Assembly: GCA_023622945.1 (NCBI GenBank)
Contig: JAMNYG010000187.1
Location: forward strand, 3,940 to 67,939
DNA from: Bacillota bacterium
GTDB lineage: Bacteria > Bacillota > Clostridia > Acetivibrionales > JAMNYG01
DNA length: 64,000 nt
Reading direction: 5' to 3'
Positions 1-9,382 of this stretch are shown piece by piece. The position numbers and the translations under genes were made by a program. The notes under the pieces are model-generated. The model did no database searches, was not told where the DNA came from, and worked only from the letters and a program-made list of their open reading frames with translations. The stretch's first letter is position 1, and each line of letters opens with the position of its first letter.

Positions 1-963
1 AACCTTGGCCATTGCGGATTCCTTGGAAAAATTCCTGGCTCCGCTGTCTATATGCCTGCATGTCTGATAGACCAGGCATCTTGCGGCTTCTATCTGTATG
101 GCCATGTCTGCCAGCATGTGCTGTATTGCCTGGAAAGATGAAATTGGCTGGCCAAACTGCACTCTTTCTCTTGCATATTTAAGGGCGGCATCAAATGCTC
201 CCTGGGCTATACCCAGTGCCTGAGCTGCGACACCAGGCCTTGTCCTGTCCAGGGTTTTCATGGCTATGATAAATCCCATTCCTTCCTTGCCCAAAAGGTT
301 GCTTTTGGGTATTCTGCAGTTGTCAAAGATGAGTTCTCTTGTGGACGATGCTCTTATGCCCATTTTGTTTTCCTTCTTACCGAAAGAAAATCCCGGAGTG
401 CCTTTTTCCACAATAAATGCCGAAAAACCTCTTGCGCCTTTTGCCCTGTTTGTGCAGGCGATTACTGTATAAATGTCTGCTTCACCGCCGTTTGTAATCC
501 ATTGTTTTGTTCCGTTCAGCACATATTCATCCCCGTCCAGAACAGCAGTGGTCTGTATGCCTGCAGCGTCACTTCCTGCATTTGCCTCTGTAAGGCCAAA
601 AGCCGCAAGCTTTTTGCCCGATGCTATATCCGGCAGGTATTTGCTTTTTTGCTCCTCGTTACCGAACAATATGATGGGAAAGGCTCCAAGACCGGTACCT
701 GCAAAAGCAAGAGCGATACCTCCGCAGGCACGGCTCAGTTCTTCTACCACCAGAGCCATTTCAAGTACACCGCCGCCAAGCCCTCCGTATTCTTCAGGGA
801 TGTATACCCCAAAAAGATCGGATTCGGCAAGGATTTTTACTATATCATGGGGGAATGTCTCGTTTTCATCATATTCTCTGGCCACAGGTGCGATCTTTTC
901 GTCTGCAATTTTTGCAGCAAGCTCCTTGATCATCCGCTGTTCTTCGGTGAGGAAATATTCCAT
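1..963 (-). CDS. acyl-CoA dehydrogenase (butyryl-CoA dehydrogenase-like), N-terminal ~320 aa; the 3' end lies outside the window
   Basis: Absent from the ORF track because it is open at the window edge. Reverse-strand translation from the ATG (complement of 961-963) reads MEYFLTEEQRMIKELAAKIADEKIAPVAREYDENETFPHDIVKILAESDLFGVYIPEEYGGLGGG...GLTEANAGSDAAGIQTTAVLDGDEYVLNGTKQWITNGG...LDRTRPGVAAQALGIAQGAFD. An AAGGAG RBS (complement of 973-978) sits 9 nt upstream. Confidence 0.85.
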   Translation of the reverse strand, partial: MEYFLTEEQRMIKELAAKIADEKIAPVAREYDENETFPHDIVKILAESDLFGVYIPEEYGGLGGGVLEMALVVEELSRACGGIALAFAGTGLGAFPIILFGNEEQKSKYLPDIASGKKLAAFGLTEANAGSDAAGIQTTAVLDGDEYVLNGTKQWITNGGEADIYTVIACTNRAKGARGFSAFIVEKGTPGFSFGKKENKMGIRASSTRELIFDNCRIPKSNLLGKEGMGFIIAMKTLDRTRPGVAAQALGIAQGAFDAALKYARERVQFGQPISSFQAIQHMLADMAIQIEAARCLVYQTCRHIDSGARNFSKESAMAKV

Positions 964-1130
964 AAAAAAACACTCCTTTAAAATAATGATTGTAAAAATA
1001 TAAGCTTTTATTAATTGCTATTATAATCTGGTAATAATTTAGCTATAAAAAAGTATATTATAAAAGAAGTTTTTATGCAATAATTTCCGATGATTTGCAA
1101 ATTACATTTTACCGTAAAGAGGGGGCTCCT

Positions 1131-1210
1131 GTTTATTTCTCCTGAAACTGTTTCACATTTATTTCTCCTAAACAATTTCACATTTATCTCCTGAAACGGT
1201 TTCATACCGG
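1131..1210. repeat. degenerate tandem repeat, ~24-26 nt unit x3.5 (core TTTCACATTTATTTCTCCTGAAAC)
   Basis: By-eye alignment of gtttatttctcctgaaact / gtttcacatttatttctcctaaacaa / tttcacatttatctcctgaaacgg / tttcataccgg. It lies in the divergent spacer between the acyl-CoA dehydrogenase gene and rimO. Confidence 0.7.
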
Positions 1211-1278
1211 GTTCAATTTGCAAAAAGATACACAAATGATTTGTTAAGTTACGCAAAACCACATGGTACATAAAGCGA

Positions 1279-1307
1279 TTGACTTTTTCAGAGCCACAAA
1301 TTAAAAT
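1279..1307 (+). promoter_or_regulatory. candidate sigma-A promoter for rimO-pgsA
   Basis: TTGACT (1279-1284), 17-nt spacer, TAAAAT (1302-1307), about 50 nt upstream of the rimO start. Confidence 0.4.
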
Positions 1308-1356
1308 TGATAGAGAATTGAAAAACTCAGACGAATTTTGACGGGAGCGAGACTTA

Positions 1357-2700
1357 TTGAAGAAAAAAGTTGGGCTTGTGTCCCTCGGATGCCCAAAAAA
1401 CCTTGTAGACAGTGAAGCCATCCTGGGCATGCTTGGGGGAGACAATTACGAGATCACTAACAATAAGGATGAAGCGGAAATAATAATTGTAAATACATGC
1501 GGTTTTATTGAATCTGCCAAGCAGGAGTCCATAAATACAATACTGGAAATGGCTGAATGCAAAAAATCTTCCTGCAGGGTGCTTATAGTGGCAGGCTGCA
1601 TGGCAGAGCGTTATAGAGAACAAATAATCCGGGAAATTCCCGAAGTGGATGCCGTAGTCGGCACGGGAAATTACGGAGAGATAATACAGGTAATAGAGAA
1701 GGCTTTTTCAGGTGAAAAACCGGTATTATACGGAAAACTCGATGGAGCGGATTACTCTTCCGGCACCCGAATCCTCACCACCATAGGTAAAGGCTATGCC
1801 TATCTAAAAATTGCCGAAGGCTGCGATAATTGCTGCACATACTGTATAATACCTTCCCTGCGGGGCAGATACAGGAGCCGCAGAATTGAGGATTTGACCG
1901 AAGAAGCTGCAAAACTTGCAAACCAGGGGGTAAAGGAACTCATTCTGGTGGCACAGGATATCACCCGTTACGGTACGGATATATACGGCAGCAGAAAGCT
2001 TGTGGAACTGATACAAAAGCTAAGCCTTATAGAAGGCATCGAATGGATTCGCCTTCTGTACTCATATCCCGAAGAAATTGATGACTCATTGATAGATGAG
2101 GTTGCCTCCAACCACAAAGTGGTAAAATACCTGGACATGCCCATACAGCACTCAAAGGATGAGATCTTAAGGAAAATGGGCAGAAGAGGCAGCAGCAGGG
2201 AAATAAAAGAATTGATAAAGAAGATGCGGGAGAGAATTCCCGGCCTTGTACTCAGGACTTCTCTTATAGTAGGTTTTCCGGGTGAACAGGAAGAAGATTT
2301 TCAGGATTTGTGCGATTTCGTTTCTGAAGTTGAGTTTGACAGGCTGGGCGTATTTACCTATTCGCGGGAAGAAGGTACCCCTGCGGCCAAATTCAAATCT
2401 CAGGTTCCAAAAAGGATAAAGGAAGAAAGATATCGAAAAGTTATGGCCATTCAGAAAGAAATTGCTCTGCGTAAAAATCACGAAAGGTTGGGCAAGGTAT
2501 ACAGAGCCATTGTTGAAGGAGTGGCCGAGGACGGGATATTCTATTATGGAAGAACTTATGCTGAAGCTCCTGAAATCGACGGGGTTGTTTATTTTACAAG
2601 CCGTGAACCCCTTAATACAGGAGAATTTGTAGATATACGGGTTTTGAACGTGGATGAATATGACTTGATTGGAGAGGTACTTTATGAATCTTCCGAATAA
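1357..2700 (+). CDS. rimO: ribosomal protein S12 methylthiotransferase RimO
   Basis: The 447-aa ORF has a TTG start. N-terminal MTTase motif LGCPKNLVDSE, radical-SAM CDNCCTYC, and a C-terminal TRAM-like end. Confidence 0.9.
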   Translation: MKKKVGLVSLGCPKNLVDSEAILGMLGGDNYEITNNKDEAEIIIVNTCGFIESAKQESINTILEMAECKKSSCRVLIVAGCMAERYREQIIREIPEVDAVVGTGNYGEIIQVIEKAFSGEKPVLYGKLDGADYSSGTRILTTIGKGYAYLKIAEGCDNCCTYCIIPSLRGRYRSRRIEDLTEEAAKLANQGVKELILVAQDITRYGTDIYGSRKLVELIQKLSLIEGIEWIRLLYSYPEEIDDSLIDEVASNHKVVKYLDMPIQHSKDEILRKMGRRGSSREIKELIKKMRERIPGLVLRTSLIVGFPGEQEEDFQDLCDFVSEVEFDRLGVFTYSREEGTPAAKFKSQVPKRIKEERYRKVMAIQKEIALRKNHERLGKVYRAIVEGVAEDGIFYYGRTYAEAPEIDGVVYFTSREPLNTGEFVDIRVLNVDEYDLIGEVLYESSE

Positions 2701-3301
2701 ACTGACCTTATCAAGAATATTCCTTGTACCCCTTTTTATGCTGTTTATTATTCCTTTTCCGGAATGGATGACGCAAAGCCCTCTTCTGGCTTTTGTAAGA
2801 CCTCAGATTGAAGCAATGAACCATTTTATACTGAATTACGGAAACTATTTCGGTGCGGTTCTTTTCATCATTGCAGCAAGCACCGACAAGGTGGATGGCT
2901 ATATTGCCAGGAAAACAAAACAGGTTACAAGGTTCGGAATATTTCTTGATCCTATTGCGGACAAGCTTATGGTAGCTGCAGCTTTAATCGCCCTGGTACA
3001 GAGAAATGAAGTAACCGGATGGGCGGCAATGATTATCATCGGCAGGGAGTTTCTGGTAACGGGCTTCAGGCTGGTGGCTGCCGGTGACGGAATAGTGCTT
3101 GCAGCCGGAAAGTGGGGGAAGATAAAGCTGGTTACCCAGACCATAGCCATAGCGGCCGCTCTTTTGAAAAATTTCCCCCTGTCCCTTGTTACGGATTTTC
3201 CTTTTGACAGCGTAGCAATGGTTATAGCCGTGATGGTCACGTTATACTCAGGATATGACTATTTTAGAAGAAACCGAAGCGTAATGAATTTAAAACAATA
3301 G
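2684..3301 (+). CDS. pgsA: CDP-diacylglycerol--glycerol-3-phosphate 3-phosphatidyltransferase
   Basis: CDP-alcohol phosphatidyltransferase motif DKVDGYIARK...GIFLDPIADK in a multi-TM protein. The internal ATG at 2684 (MNLPNKLTLSRI) is preferred over the track start at 2669. Confidence 0.9.
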   Translation: MNLPNKLTLSRIFLVPLFMLFIIPFPEWMTQSPLLAFVRPQIEAMNHFILNYGNYFGAVLFIIAASTDKVDGYIARKTKQVTRFGIFLDPIADKLMVAAALIALVQRNEVTGWAAMIIIGREFLVTGFRLVAAGDGIVLAAGKWGKIKLVTQTIAIAAALLKNFPLSLVTDFPFDSVAMVIAVMVTLYSGYDYFRRNRSVMNLKQ

Positions 3302-3470
3302 AAAATATGCATGCTATATTATTGGATGAGCGGTTTGTAAACTACTGTACCAAATGATGCAGGTGGTTATGAACCGCTTTATTTAAGCCAAACTGCACAA
3401 TAAGACCGGTAATTTTCGAGGAAATTGTTGCATATCAGTCGAATATATAATATACTTTTATTATTAGAGT

Positions 3471-3500
3471 TTAGTATCAGAATTTAGTATCAGGTGATAA
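3471..3500 (+). promoter_or_regulatory. candidate FapR operator (duplicated TTAGTATCAG half-site followed by the partial palindrome TTAGTATCAGGTGATAA)
   Basis: ttagtatcag (3471-3480) and ttagtatcaggtgataa (3484-3500) lie just downstream of a possible promoter (TTGCAT 3428-3433, 17-nt spacer, TATACT 3451-3456). They are 25 nt upstream of fapR. They resemble the AT-rich TTAGTA...TACTAA-type inverted repeat bound by Bacillus FapR. Confidence 0.35.
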
Positions 3501-3524
3501 TTAAAAAATTGCGGGGTGTATTGA

Positions 3525-4088
3525 ATGAGCAGGTCTTCCTTTCTAAAAAAGGAAAGGCAGGACATTTTACTGAAAAAAATAAAAGAAGATCCCTTTCTTA
3601 CAGATGAGGAGCTTGCCAGTATTTTTTCGGTGAGTATTCCTACCATAAGGCTTGACAGGCTTGAACTGGGGATACCTGAAGTAAGAGAGAGGATTAAAAA
3701 TGTCGCTGAGAGAAATTACAGCAAAGTGAAATCCATGCAAAGCAAAGAAATAATAGGGGAACTTGTGGATATTAATCTTGGTGTAAGCGGCATTTCCATT
3801 CTGGAAACTGATCCCGGAATGGCATTTGAAAAGACCAAAATCATCCGGGGACACTTCATTTATTCACTGGCCGAATCTCTTGCCATAGCGGTGATAGATG
3901 CCCAGGTTGCACTGGTGGGGGTTGCAAATATTAAGTATAAGACCCCTGTATACGCCGGAAGCAAACTAGTGGCAAAAGCTGAAGTCAGGAGGCGCATAGA
4001 AAACAAGTTTATAGTTTGGGTCAAAATATATGAAAAGCAGGTAGAAGTGTTCAGGGGAAAATTTATTCTGGTATCCATTGAAAAGTAA
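3525..4088 (+). CDS. fapR: fatty acid/phospholipid biosynthesis transcriptional repressor FapR
   Basis: Strong similarity to B. subtilis FapR over its whole length (ERQ..L...I...PF+[31 protein letters not shown], plus a hot-dog thioesterase-like C-terminal half). It is located directly upstream of plsX. Confidence 0.85.
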   Translation: MSRSSFLKKERQDILLKKIKEDPFLTDEELASIFSVSIPTIRLDRLELGIPEVRERIKNVAERNYSKVKSMQSKEIIGELVDINLGVSGISILETDPGMAFEKTKIIRGHFIYSLAESLAIAVIDAQVALVGVANIKYKTPVYAGSKLVAKAEVRRRIENKFIVWVKIYEKQVEVFRGKFILVSIEK

Positions 4089-4151
4089 AATGCTGTTTTT
4101 TCATTATACATTTTGATCGCCATATATTTTGAACGGTTGGGAGTGAATAAC

Positions 4152-5171
4152 TTGATAATTCTTGTTGACGCCATGGGTGGAGACAATGCGCCTGAAGCTA
4201 TAGTTAACGGATGTATAGATGCGCTGATTGAAGCTGAAGGCTTTGATATAGTTTTGATAGGTGACAGCCAGAAGATTAATGAAATAATCGGTGAAAGAAA
4301 ATATGAAGGTCAAAGGCTCAAGGTTCACCATGCTTCAGAAGTAATAACCAATGATGATATTCCTACAAAGGCCATCAAGACAAAAAAGGATTCATCCATG
4401 GTTGTTGGTTTCAACATGCTGAAGGAAGGCAAGGGAGATGTCTTTGTTTCGGCAGGAAACAGCGGAGCCCTGCTGGCGGGAGCACTGCTTCTTTTGGGCA
4501 GAATCAAAGGTGTTGAAAGACCGGCTTTGGGGGCAGTAATCCCCGTGAAGGACGGAAGGGCCCTGATAATTGATGCAGGTCTTAACGCTTCATGTAAGCC
4601 CGTCAACTATCTCCAATTCGGTATACTTGGCTCCATATACATGAGGCAGCTTTTTGATGTAAAAGAGCCCAGGGTCGGGCTTATAAACATGGGAACAGAA
4701 GTCAGAAAGGGCAATGAAACAATAAGGAATGCTTTTTCCTTGCTGTCTGAATCAAAATTGAATTTTATTGGAAACATGGAAGGAAAAGACATAACCGAAG
4801 GGAAAGCGGATGTTATTGTCTGTGACGGTTTTGTAGGAAACGTAATGCTGAAACTCCTGGAAGGAGCAGCTTCCTTCTTTACAAGTTCCATTAAGGAAAT
4901 ATTTAAAACGAACTTAATTACGATGTTTTCTGCATTGCTGCTTCACAAAAGCTTCAAGAAGTTCAGGACACGCTTTGATCCGGACCTGAACGGAGGAGCG
5001 CCGATACTGGGAGTAAACGGAGTTGTGATAAAAAGTCATGGAAGCTCCAAGGCAAAAACGATAAAGCATGTAATAATTAAGGCAAGTTATCTGTCAGTAA
5101 ATTCGGTAATCGATCAGATAAAGGAAGAACTGGGCAGCACGGAGGTATTTGAAGGTGAAGACGAAATTTAA
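4152..5171 (+). CDS. plsX: phosphate acyltransferase PlsX
   Basis: LVDAMGGDNAP N-terminal motif. A TTG at 4152 preceded by GGGAGTG is preferred over the track start at 4113. Conserved fapR-plsX synteny. Confidence 0.9.
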   Translation: MIILVDAMGGDNAPEAIVNGCIDALIEAEGFDIVLIGDSQKINEIIGERKYEGQRLKVHHASEVITNDDIPTKAIKTKKDSSMVVGFNMLKEGKGDVFVSAGNSGALLAGALLLLGRIKGVERPALGAVIPVKDGRALIIDAGLNASCKPVNYLQFGILGSIYMRQLFDVKEPRVGLINMGTEVRKGNETIRNAFSLLSESKLNFIGNMEGKDITEGKADVIVCDGFVGNVMLKLLEGAASFFTSSIKEIFKTNLITMFSALLLHKSFKKFRTRFDPDLNGGAPILGVNGVVIKSHGSSKAKTIKHVIIKASYLSVNSVIDQIKEELGSTEVFEGEDEI

Positions 5172-6156
5172 TGCAGCAGGAATAATAGGTCTGGGAAGTT
5201 GCGTACCCGATAAAGTCCTGACAAATTTTGACCTTGAAAAGATGGTTGATACGTCGGATGAATGGATTGTAAAGAGGACCGGAATCTCAGAAAGAAGAAT
5301 TCTGGACAAGTCGACCCCTGCAAGTCACATAGGGGCGGAAGCTGCAAGGAAAGCCATCAGCAATGCAGGATTAACCCCCCTTGATATTGATATGATAATT
5401 GTCACTACTGAGACTCCTGATTATCTGACTCCATCAATGGCTTGCATGATACAGGACCAGATAGGTGCAGGCAAATGTCCTGCTTTTGACCTTAATGCTG
5501 CCTGTTCGGGCTTTATATACGGACTGGTTGTGGCAAGACAGTTCATTATAACCGGCAGTTGCAGGTATGTATTGGTGGTGGGCTGTGAAGGTCTGTCCAG
5601 AGTTGTGGACTGGGAGGACAGGTCTACATGTATTTTGTTTTCTGATGGTGCAGGAGCTGCCGTAGTAGGTGCTGTTGAAGAGGGATATGGAATTATTTCG
5701 ACTTATATCGGTGCCGACGGAAGCCTGGGACACAATATCACCATTCCATGCTGTTACATGAATGAATCGGACGTGGAAAAAAGACACCATGAAAACAAGC
5801 GGGTTATATGGCTTGACGGCGGAGAAGTTTTCAAATTTGCGGTAAAAGCCTTGGAAGAAGCCACTAACAGGGTTTTGCAGGATGCAGGTCTGACAATCAA
5901 TGATGTGGACCTTCTGGTCCCTCACCAGGCTAATGCAAGAATAATTGAGGGCGCTGCCAAGAGACTTGAAATAGATAATGAAAGCATATATGTCAATATC
6001 CATAAATATGGAAACATGTCTTCAGCTTCCATACCGGTAGCTTTGGACGAAGCCATGAGAAATAAAATGATTAAAAAAGGAGATATTTTAGTATTGGTAG
6101 GTTTCGGAGGCGGCCTTACCCTGGGCTCGGTTCTGCTTAAGTGGAATATTGGCTGA
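5149..6156 (+). CDS. fabH: 3-oxoacyl-ACP synthase III
   Basis: Active-site context NAACSGF, with HQAN and GNMSSASIP motifs. The start is ambiguous (TTG 5149 or GTG 5155 after GGAGG at 5141-5145). It overlaps the plsX stop. Confidence 0.9.
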   Translation: MKVKTKFNAAGIIGLGSCVPDKVLTNFDLEKMVDTSDEWIVKRTGISERRILDKSTPASHIGAEAARKAISNAGLTPLDIDMIIVTTETPDYLTPSMACMIQDQIGAGKCPAFDLNAACSGFIYGLVVARQFIITGSCRYVLVVGCEGLSRVVDWEDRSTCILFSDGAGAAVVGAVEEGYGIISTYIGADGSLGHNITIPCCYMNESDVEKRHHENKRVIWLDGGEVFKFAVKALEEATNRVLQDAGLTINDVDLLVPHQANARIIEGAAKRLEIDNESIYVNIHKYGNMSSASIPVALDEAMRNKMIKKGDILVLVGFGGGLTLGSVLLKWNIG

Positions 6157-6295
6157 TGGAATATTGACTTAATAAAAACCGGAAACCCGCACTTATAGAG
6201 CAAAAACAGGTTGATGCCATGAAAAATGAATGAATTGGACATAAATCGATGAACTTTGCAAAAATGGATAAATTTAAACGATATTTCCAGGTAAA

Positions 6296-6355
6296 GTTAA
6301 TGTCAGAGGGTTAATGTTATAAAGAGTTAATACCATAAAGTGTCAATGCAATAAG
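6296..6355. repeat. degenerate tandem repeat, ~15 nt unit x4 (GTTAATGNNANAAAG)
   Basis: gttaatgtcagagg / gttaatgttataaaga / gttaataccataaagt / gtcaatgcaataag, immediately upstream of the fabD RBS. Confidence 0.6.
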
Positions 6356-6372
6356 AAAAAGGAGACAAGACT

Positions 6373-7311
6373 ATGAAAAAGATTGCATTCATTTTTTCCG
6401 GGCAGGGTGCACAGTACATAGGAATGGGCAGAGAGATAGCCCAGCAGTACAAGTCTTCCGATGATATCTTCGCGCAGGCTTCGGAAGCTTTAGGTCTTGA
6501 CATGAAAAAAATGGTATTTGAAGGCGATGATGAGACCCTGAAAATAACCGAAAATACTCAACCTGCCATTTTAACCACAAGCATTGCATGCCTGATGCCT
6601 CTCCTGGAAAATGGCATAAGGTGCCATGTAGCCGCAGGGTTAAGCCTTGGTGAATACTCAGCCCATGTAGCGGCGGGAACAATGTCTTTTCAGGATGCAG
6701 TATCCCTGGTCAGAAAACGCGGAAGATTTATGCAGGAAGCAGTTCCTCTTGGAATGGGAACCATGGCTGCCATATTGGGACTTGAGGAGCAGGCTGTAAC
6801 TGAATGCTGTAAAGAAGCTTCTTCCGTTGGCATCGTTGAGCCTGCCAATTTTAACTGCCCCGGACAAATCGTTATTGCTGGTGAGGTCAAAGCGGTTGAA
6901 AAAGCGGTACAGCTTTGCAGGGAAAGAGGAGCAAAACGGGCTGTCATGCTTGCCGTAAGCGCCCCCTTCCATTGTTCCATGCTTAAGCCTGCCGGTGAAA
7001 GGCTTAAATCAGAGCTTGAAAAAATAAACTTAAATGACATGAAAATTCCTGTGGTAAGCAATGTGACCGGGGAATACGTTACAGACAAATCCATGGTAAA
7101 AGATCTGTTGGTAAGACAGGTGAGCAGCCCTGTACTTTGGGAACAGTCGGTAAGAAGGATGCTTGATGACGGAGTGGATACTTTTGTGGAAATTGGCCCC
7201 GGAAAGACTTTGTGCGGTTTTGTAAAAAAGATCAGTAAAGATGCCGTGACTTTCAATGTGGAGGATATCCAGTCTCTTAACACCACTCTTGAAGCATTGG
7301 CAGGAAGATGA
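6373..7311 (+). CDS. fabD: malonyl-CoA:ACP transacylase
   Basis: FSGQGAQYIGMG and the active-site motif GLSLGEYSA. Good RBS (AAAAAGGAG). Confidence 0.9.
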   Translation: MKKIAFIFSGQGAQYIGMGREIAQQYKSSDDIFAQASEALGLDMKKMVFEGDDETLKITENTQPAILTTSIACLMPLLENGIRCHVAAGLSLGEYSAHVAAGTMSFQDAVSLVRKRGRFMQEAVPLGMGTMAAILGLEEQAVTECCKEASSVGIVEPANFNCPGQIVIAGEVKAVEKAVQLCRERGAKRAVMLAVSAPFHCSMLKPAGERLKSELEKINLNDMKIPVVSNVTGEYVTDKSMVKDLLVRQVSSPVLWEQSVRRMLDDGVDTFVEIGPGKTLCGFVKKISKDAVTFNVEDIQSLNTTLEALAGR

Positions 7312-7400
7312 ATTACAAAGAAGCTGAATTACAGACAGTAAAGTTTGTGCTACGTCCATGTTTTACTGCAAAAAAGCATGAACAGGAGGAATGAATAGGT

Positions 7401-8144
7401 ATGCAGCTGAAAGGGAAAACTGCTGTTATCACCGGTTCGGGCAGAGGAATCGGAAAGGCTATTGCTTTGAAACTTGCTCAAATGGGAGCCAATATTGTCC
7501 TTAACGACATTCCTGCTTCCGATACGGTAGACTCTACAGCGGAAGAATTCAGGAGAGAAGGTTATAACGTTATCGTTACAAAGGGTGACGTGCGGAATGA
7601 AAATGACGTAGAGGCAATGTTTAAAGCAGCAATGGATGCCTTCGGAAGAGTGGACATATTGGTTAACAATGCCGGAATTACAAGAGACATGCTTATGATC
7701 AGAATGTCTGAGAAAGACTGGGATGATGTCCTTGACATCAACCTCAAAGGCGCATTTTTATGTACCAGAGCCGCTGCCAAAATAATGATCAGGCAAAAAA
7801 GCGGGAAAATCATCAATATCTCTTCTGTGGCAGGGGTGATGGGTAATCCCGGGCAGGCCAACTATTCCGCCTCTAAAGCAGGACTTATAGGTCTGACAAA
7901 AACCACTGCAAAAGAGCTTGCTTCAAGGGGCATTACTTGTAATGCGGTTGCTCCGGGTATAATAAAGAGCAATATGACCGATGTGTTACCTGAAAAAGTT
8001 AAGGAAAACTACCTGAAGAGCATACCTTTGGGAAGATTCGGGACACCGGAAGATGTTGCCGATGTAGTAGGTTTTCTGGCATCAGATGCCTCAAATTATG
8101 TTACAGGTCAGGTAATACATATTGACGGCGGATTGGTAATGTAA
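7401..8144 (+). CDS. fabG: 3-oxoacyl-ACP reductase
   Basis: SDR motifs TGSGRGIGKAIA, NNAGI and YSASKAG. 247 aa. Confidence 0.9.
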   Translation: MQLKGKTAVITGSGRGIGKAIALKLAQMGANIVLNDIPASDTVDSTAEEFRREGYNVIVTKGDVRNENDVEAMFKAAMDAFGRVDILVNNAGITRDMLMIRMSEKDWDDVLDINLKGAFLCTRAAAKIMIRQKSGKIINISSVAGVMGNPGQANYSASKAGLIGLTKTTAKELASRGITCNAVAPGIIKSNMTDVLPEKVKENYLKSIPLGRFGTPEDVADVVGFLASDASNYVTGQVIHIDGGLVM

Positions 8145-8259
8145 TAATATCTTAAATGTAATAAGCCAGAGAAGGTAAATATTGCTGGCCTTCAGACGGC
8201 TTTTTACAGGTTATTATCCATAAAATACTTTACCCCCTGCGGGAGGAGGTGAATATAAG

Positions 8260-8484
8260 ATGTTTGAAAAAATTAGAAAAATAATTGCAGAGCAATTGGG
8301 TATTGACGAAGAGGATATTACAATGGAGTCTTCCTTCATAGATGATTTGGGAGCCGACTCACTTGATATAGTGGAGTTGATTATGGCTTTTGAGGAGGAA
8401 TTTGATCTCGAGATTCCCGACAGTGAAGCTGAAAAAATTGTTACAGTCGGAGATGCTGTAGAGTACATTAAGAATAACACGTAA
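8260..8484 (+). CDS. acpP: acyl carrier protein
   Basis: 74 aa with the phosphopantetheine-attachment motif [23 protein letters not shown]. Confidence 0.95.
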   Translation: MFEKIRKIIAEQLGIDEEDITMESSFIDDLGADSLDIVELIMAFEEEFDLEIPDSEAEKIVTVGDAVEYIKNNT

Positions 8485-8510
8485 AAAAAGTCCCGTTTGG
8501 GACTTTTTTA
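8484..8510 (+). terminator. rho-independent terminator after acpP
   Basis: aaaaaGTCCCgtttGGGACttttttac: a GC stem flanked by an A-run and a T-run. Confidence 0.8.
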
Positions 8511-8668
8511 CATTGTCGGGATGGGTTCTGTAAGAAACATGCAGTTGACAGATTTATTTCCATGTAGGAAAATGATAAAAGGCGGGGTTGGAAAACCTCG
8601 CCTTAATGTTGAAAGTCTTTTGCCCTGAAGGAATGTACCGTGACCAAAAAGTGAGGAGAAAAGGGAAC

Positions 8669-9382
8669 ATGAATGATCTGGAAAATCTGAAGGAAAAATT
8701 GGAAGAGCTTCAGAAATCCGTCGGTTATGTTTTTAAGGACATTAATAACCTGATACTTGCCCTTACTCACAGCTCTTATGCAAACGAATGCAGGAAAAGA
8801 AGGCTGCACAGCAATGAAAGGCTGGAATTCCTGGGAGATGCAATACTCAATACTGTTATAAGTGAAAGCCTTTATAATGACGGACATGAGCTTTCAGAAG
8901 GTGAGATGACAAAGATAAGGGCATCAATAGTATGTGAACCTTCCCTTACCAAGTGTGCAAATAACATAGGGCTTGGGAAATACCTGCTTCTCGGAAAGGG
9001 CGAGGAACTTACCGGCGGACGTGGGAGAATATCCATCCTTTCTGATGCCTTTGAAGCTCTCATCGGGGCCATATATATAGACGGCGGCATGGAAAGCGCC
9101 AAAGACTTTATCATGCGCCAAATGGGAGATCTGATAGCCAATTCAATAAAGGGCGACATGATTCACGATTACAAGACCCAGCTTCAGGAGATAATGCAGA
9201 AAAACCCTGAAAACAAGATCTCTTATGAGCTTATAGAAGAAAAAGGTCCTGATCACAGTAAAGTGTTTGTTACCCAGGTGAAGGTCGGAGACAAGGTTAT
9301 GGGTACCGGGCAGGGGAAAAGCAAAAAGGAATCAGAACAGAATGCTGCCAGGGCAGCTCTTGAAAAAGCAGGTGAACAATGA
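8669..9382 (+). CDS. rnc: ribonuclease III
   Basis: RNase III signature ERLEFLGDA and a C-terminal dsRBD (KS.LQE...GPDH.K.F). The ATG at 8669 after GAGGAG (8653-8658) is preferred over the track start at 8588. Confidence 0.9.
   Translation: MNDLENLKEKLEELQKSVGYVFKDINNLILALTHSSYANECRKRRLHSNERLEFLGDAILNTVISESLYNDGHELSEGEMTKIRASIVCEPSLTKCANNIGLGKYLLLGKGEELTGGRGRISILSDAFEALIGAIYIDGGMESAKDFIMRQMGDLIANSIKGDMIHDYKTQLQEIMQKNPENKISYELIEEKGPDHSKVFVTQVKVGDKVMGTGQGKSKKESEQNAARAALEKAGEQ

Noticed and set aside
260-1003. Two overlapping + strand ORFs (70, 176 and 159 aa entries) at the left edge
   Set aside because: Their translations are low-complexity (Ser/Pro/Ala/Phe-rich) and they have no RBS. The opposite strand encodes a clean acyl-CoA dehydrogenase with a strong RBS, so these are antisense shadow ORFs.
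1241-1256. Rex-like operator TTGTTAAGTTACGCAA upstream of the acyl-CoA dehydrogenase gene
   Set aside because: Only the left half-site matches the TTGTTAA-N4-TTAACAA type consensus and the right half is poor. It lies ~280 nt from the start codon, which is too weak to call.
3329-3385. Terminator after pgsA (AGCGGTT...AACCGCTTTATTT)
   Set aside because: It has a 7-bp stem with a ~35-nt unstructured loop. It is possible but too weak to list as a feature.
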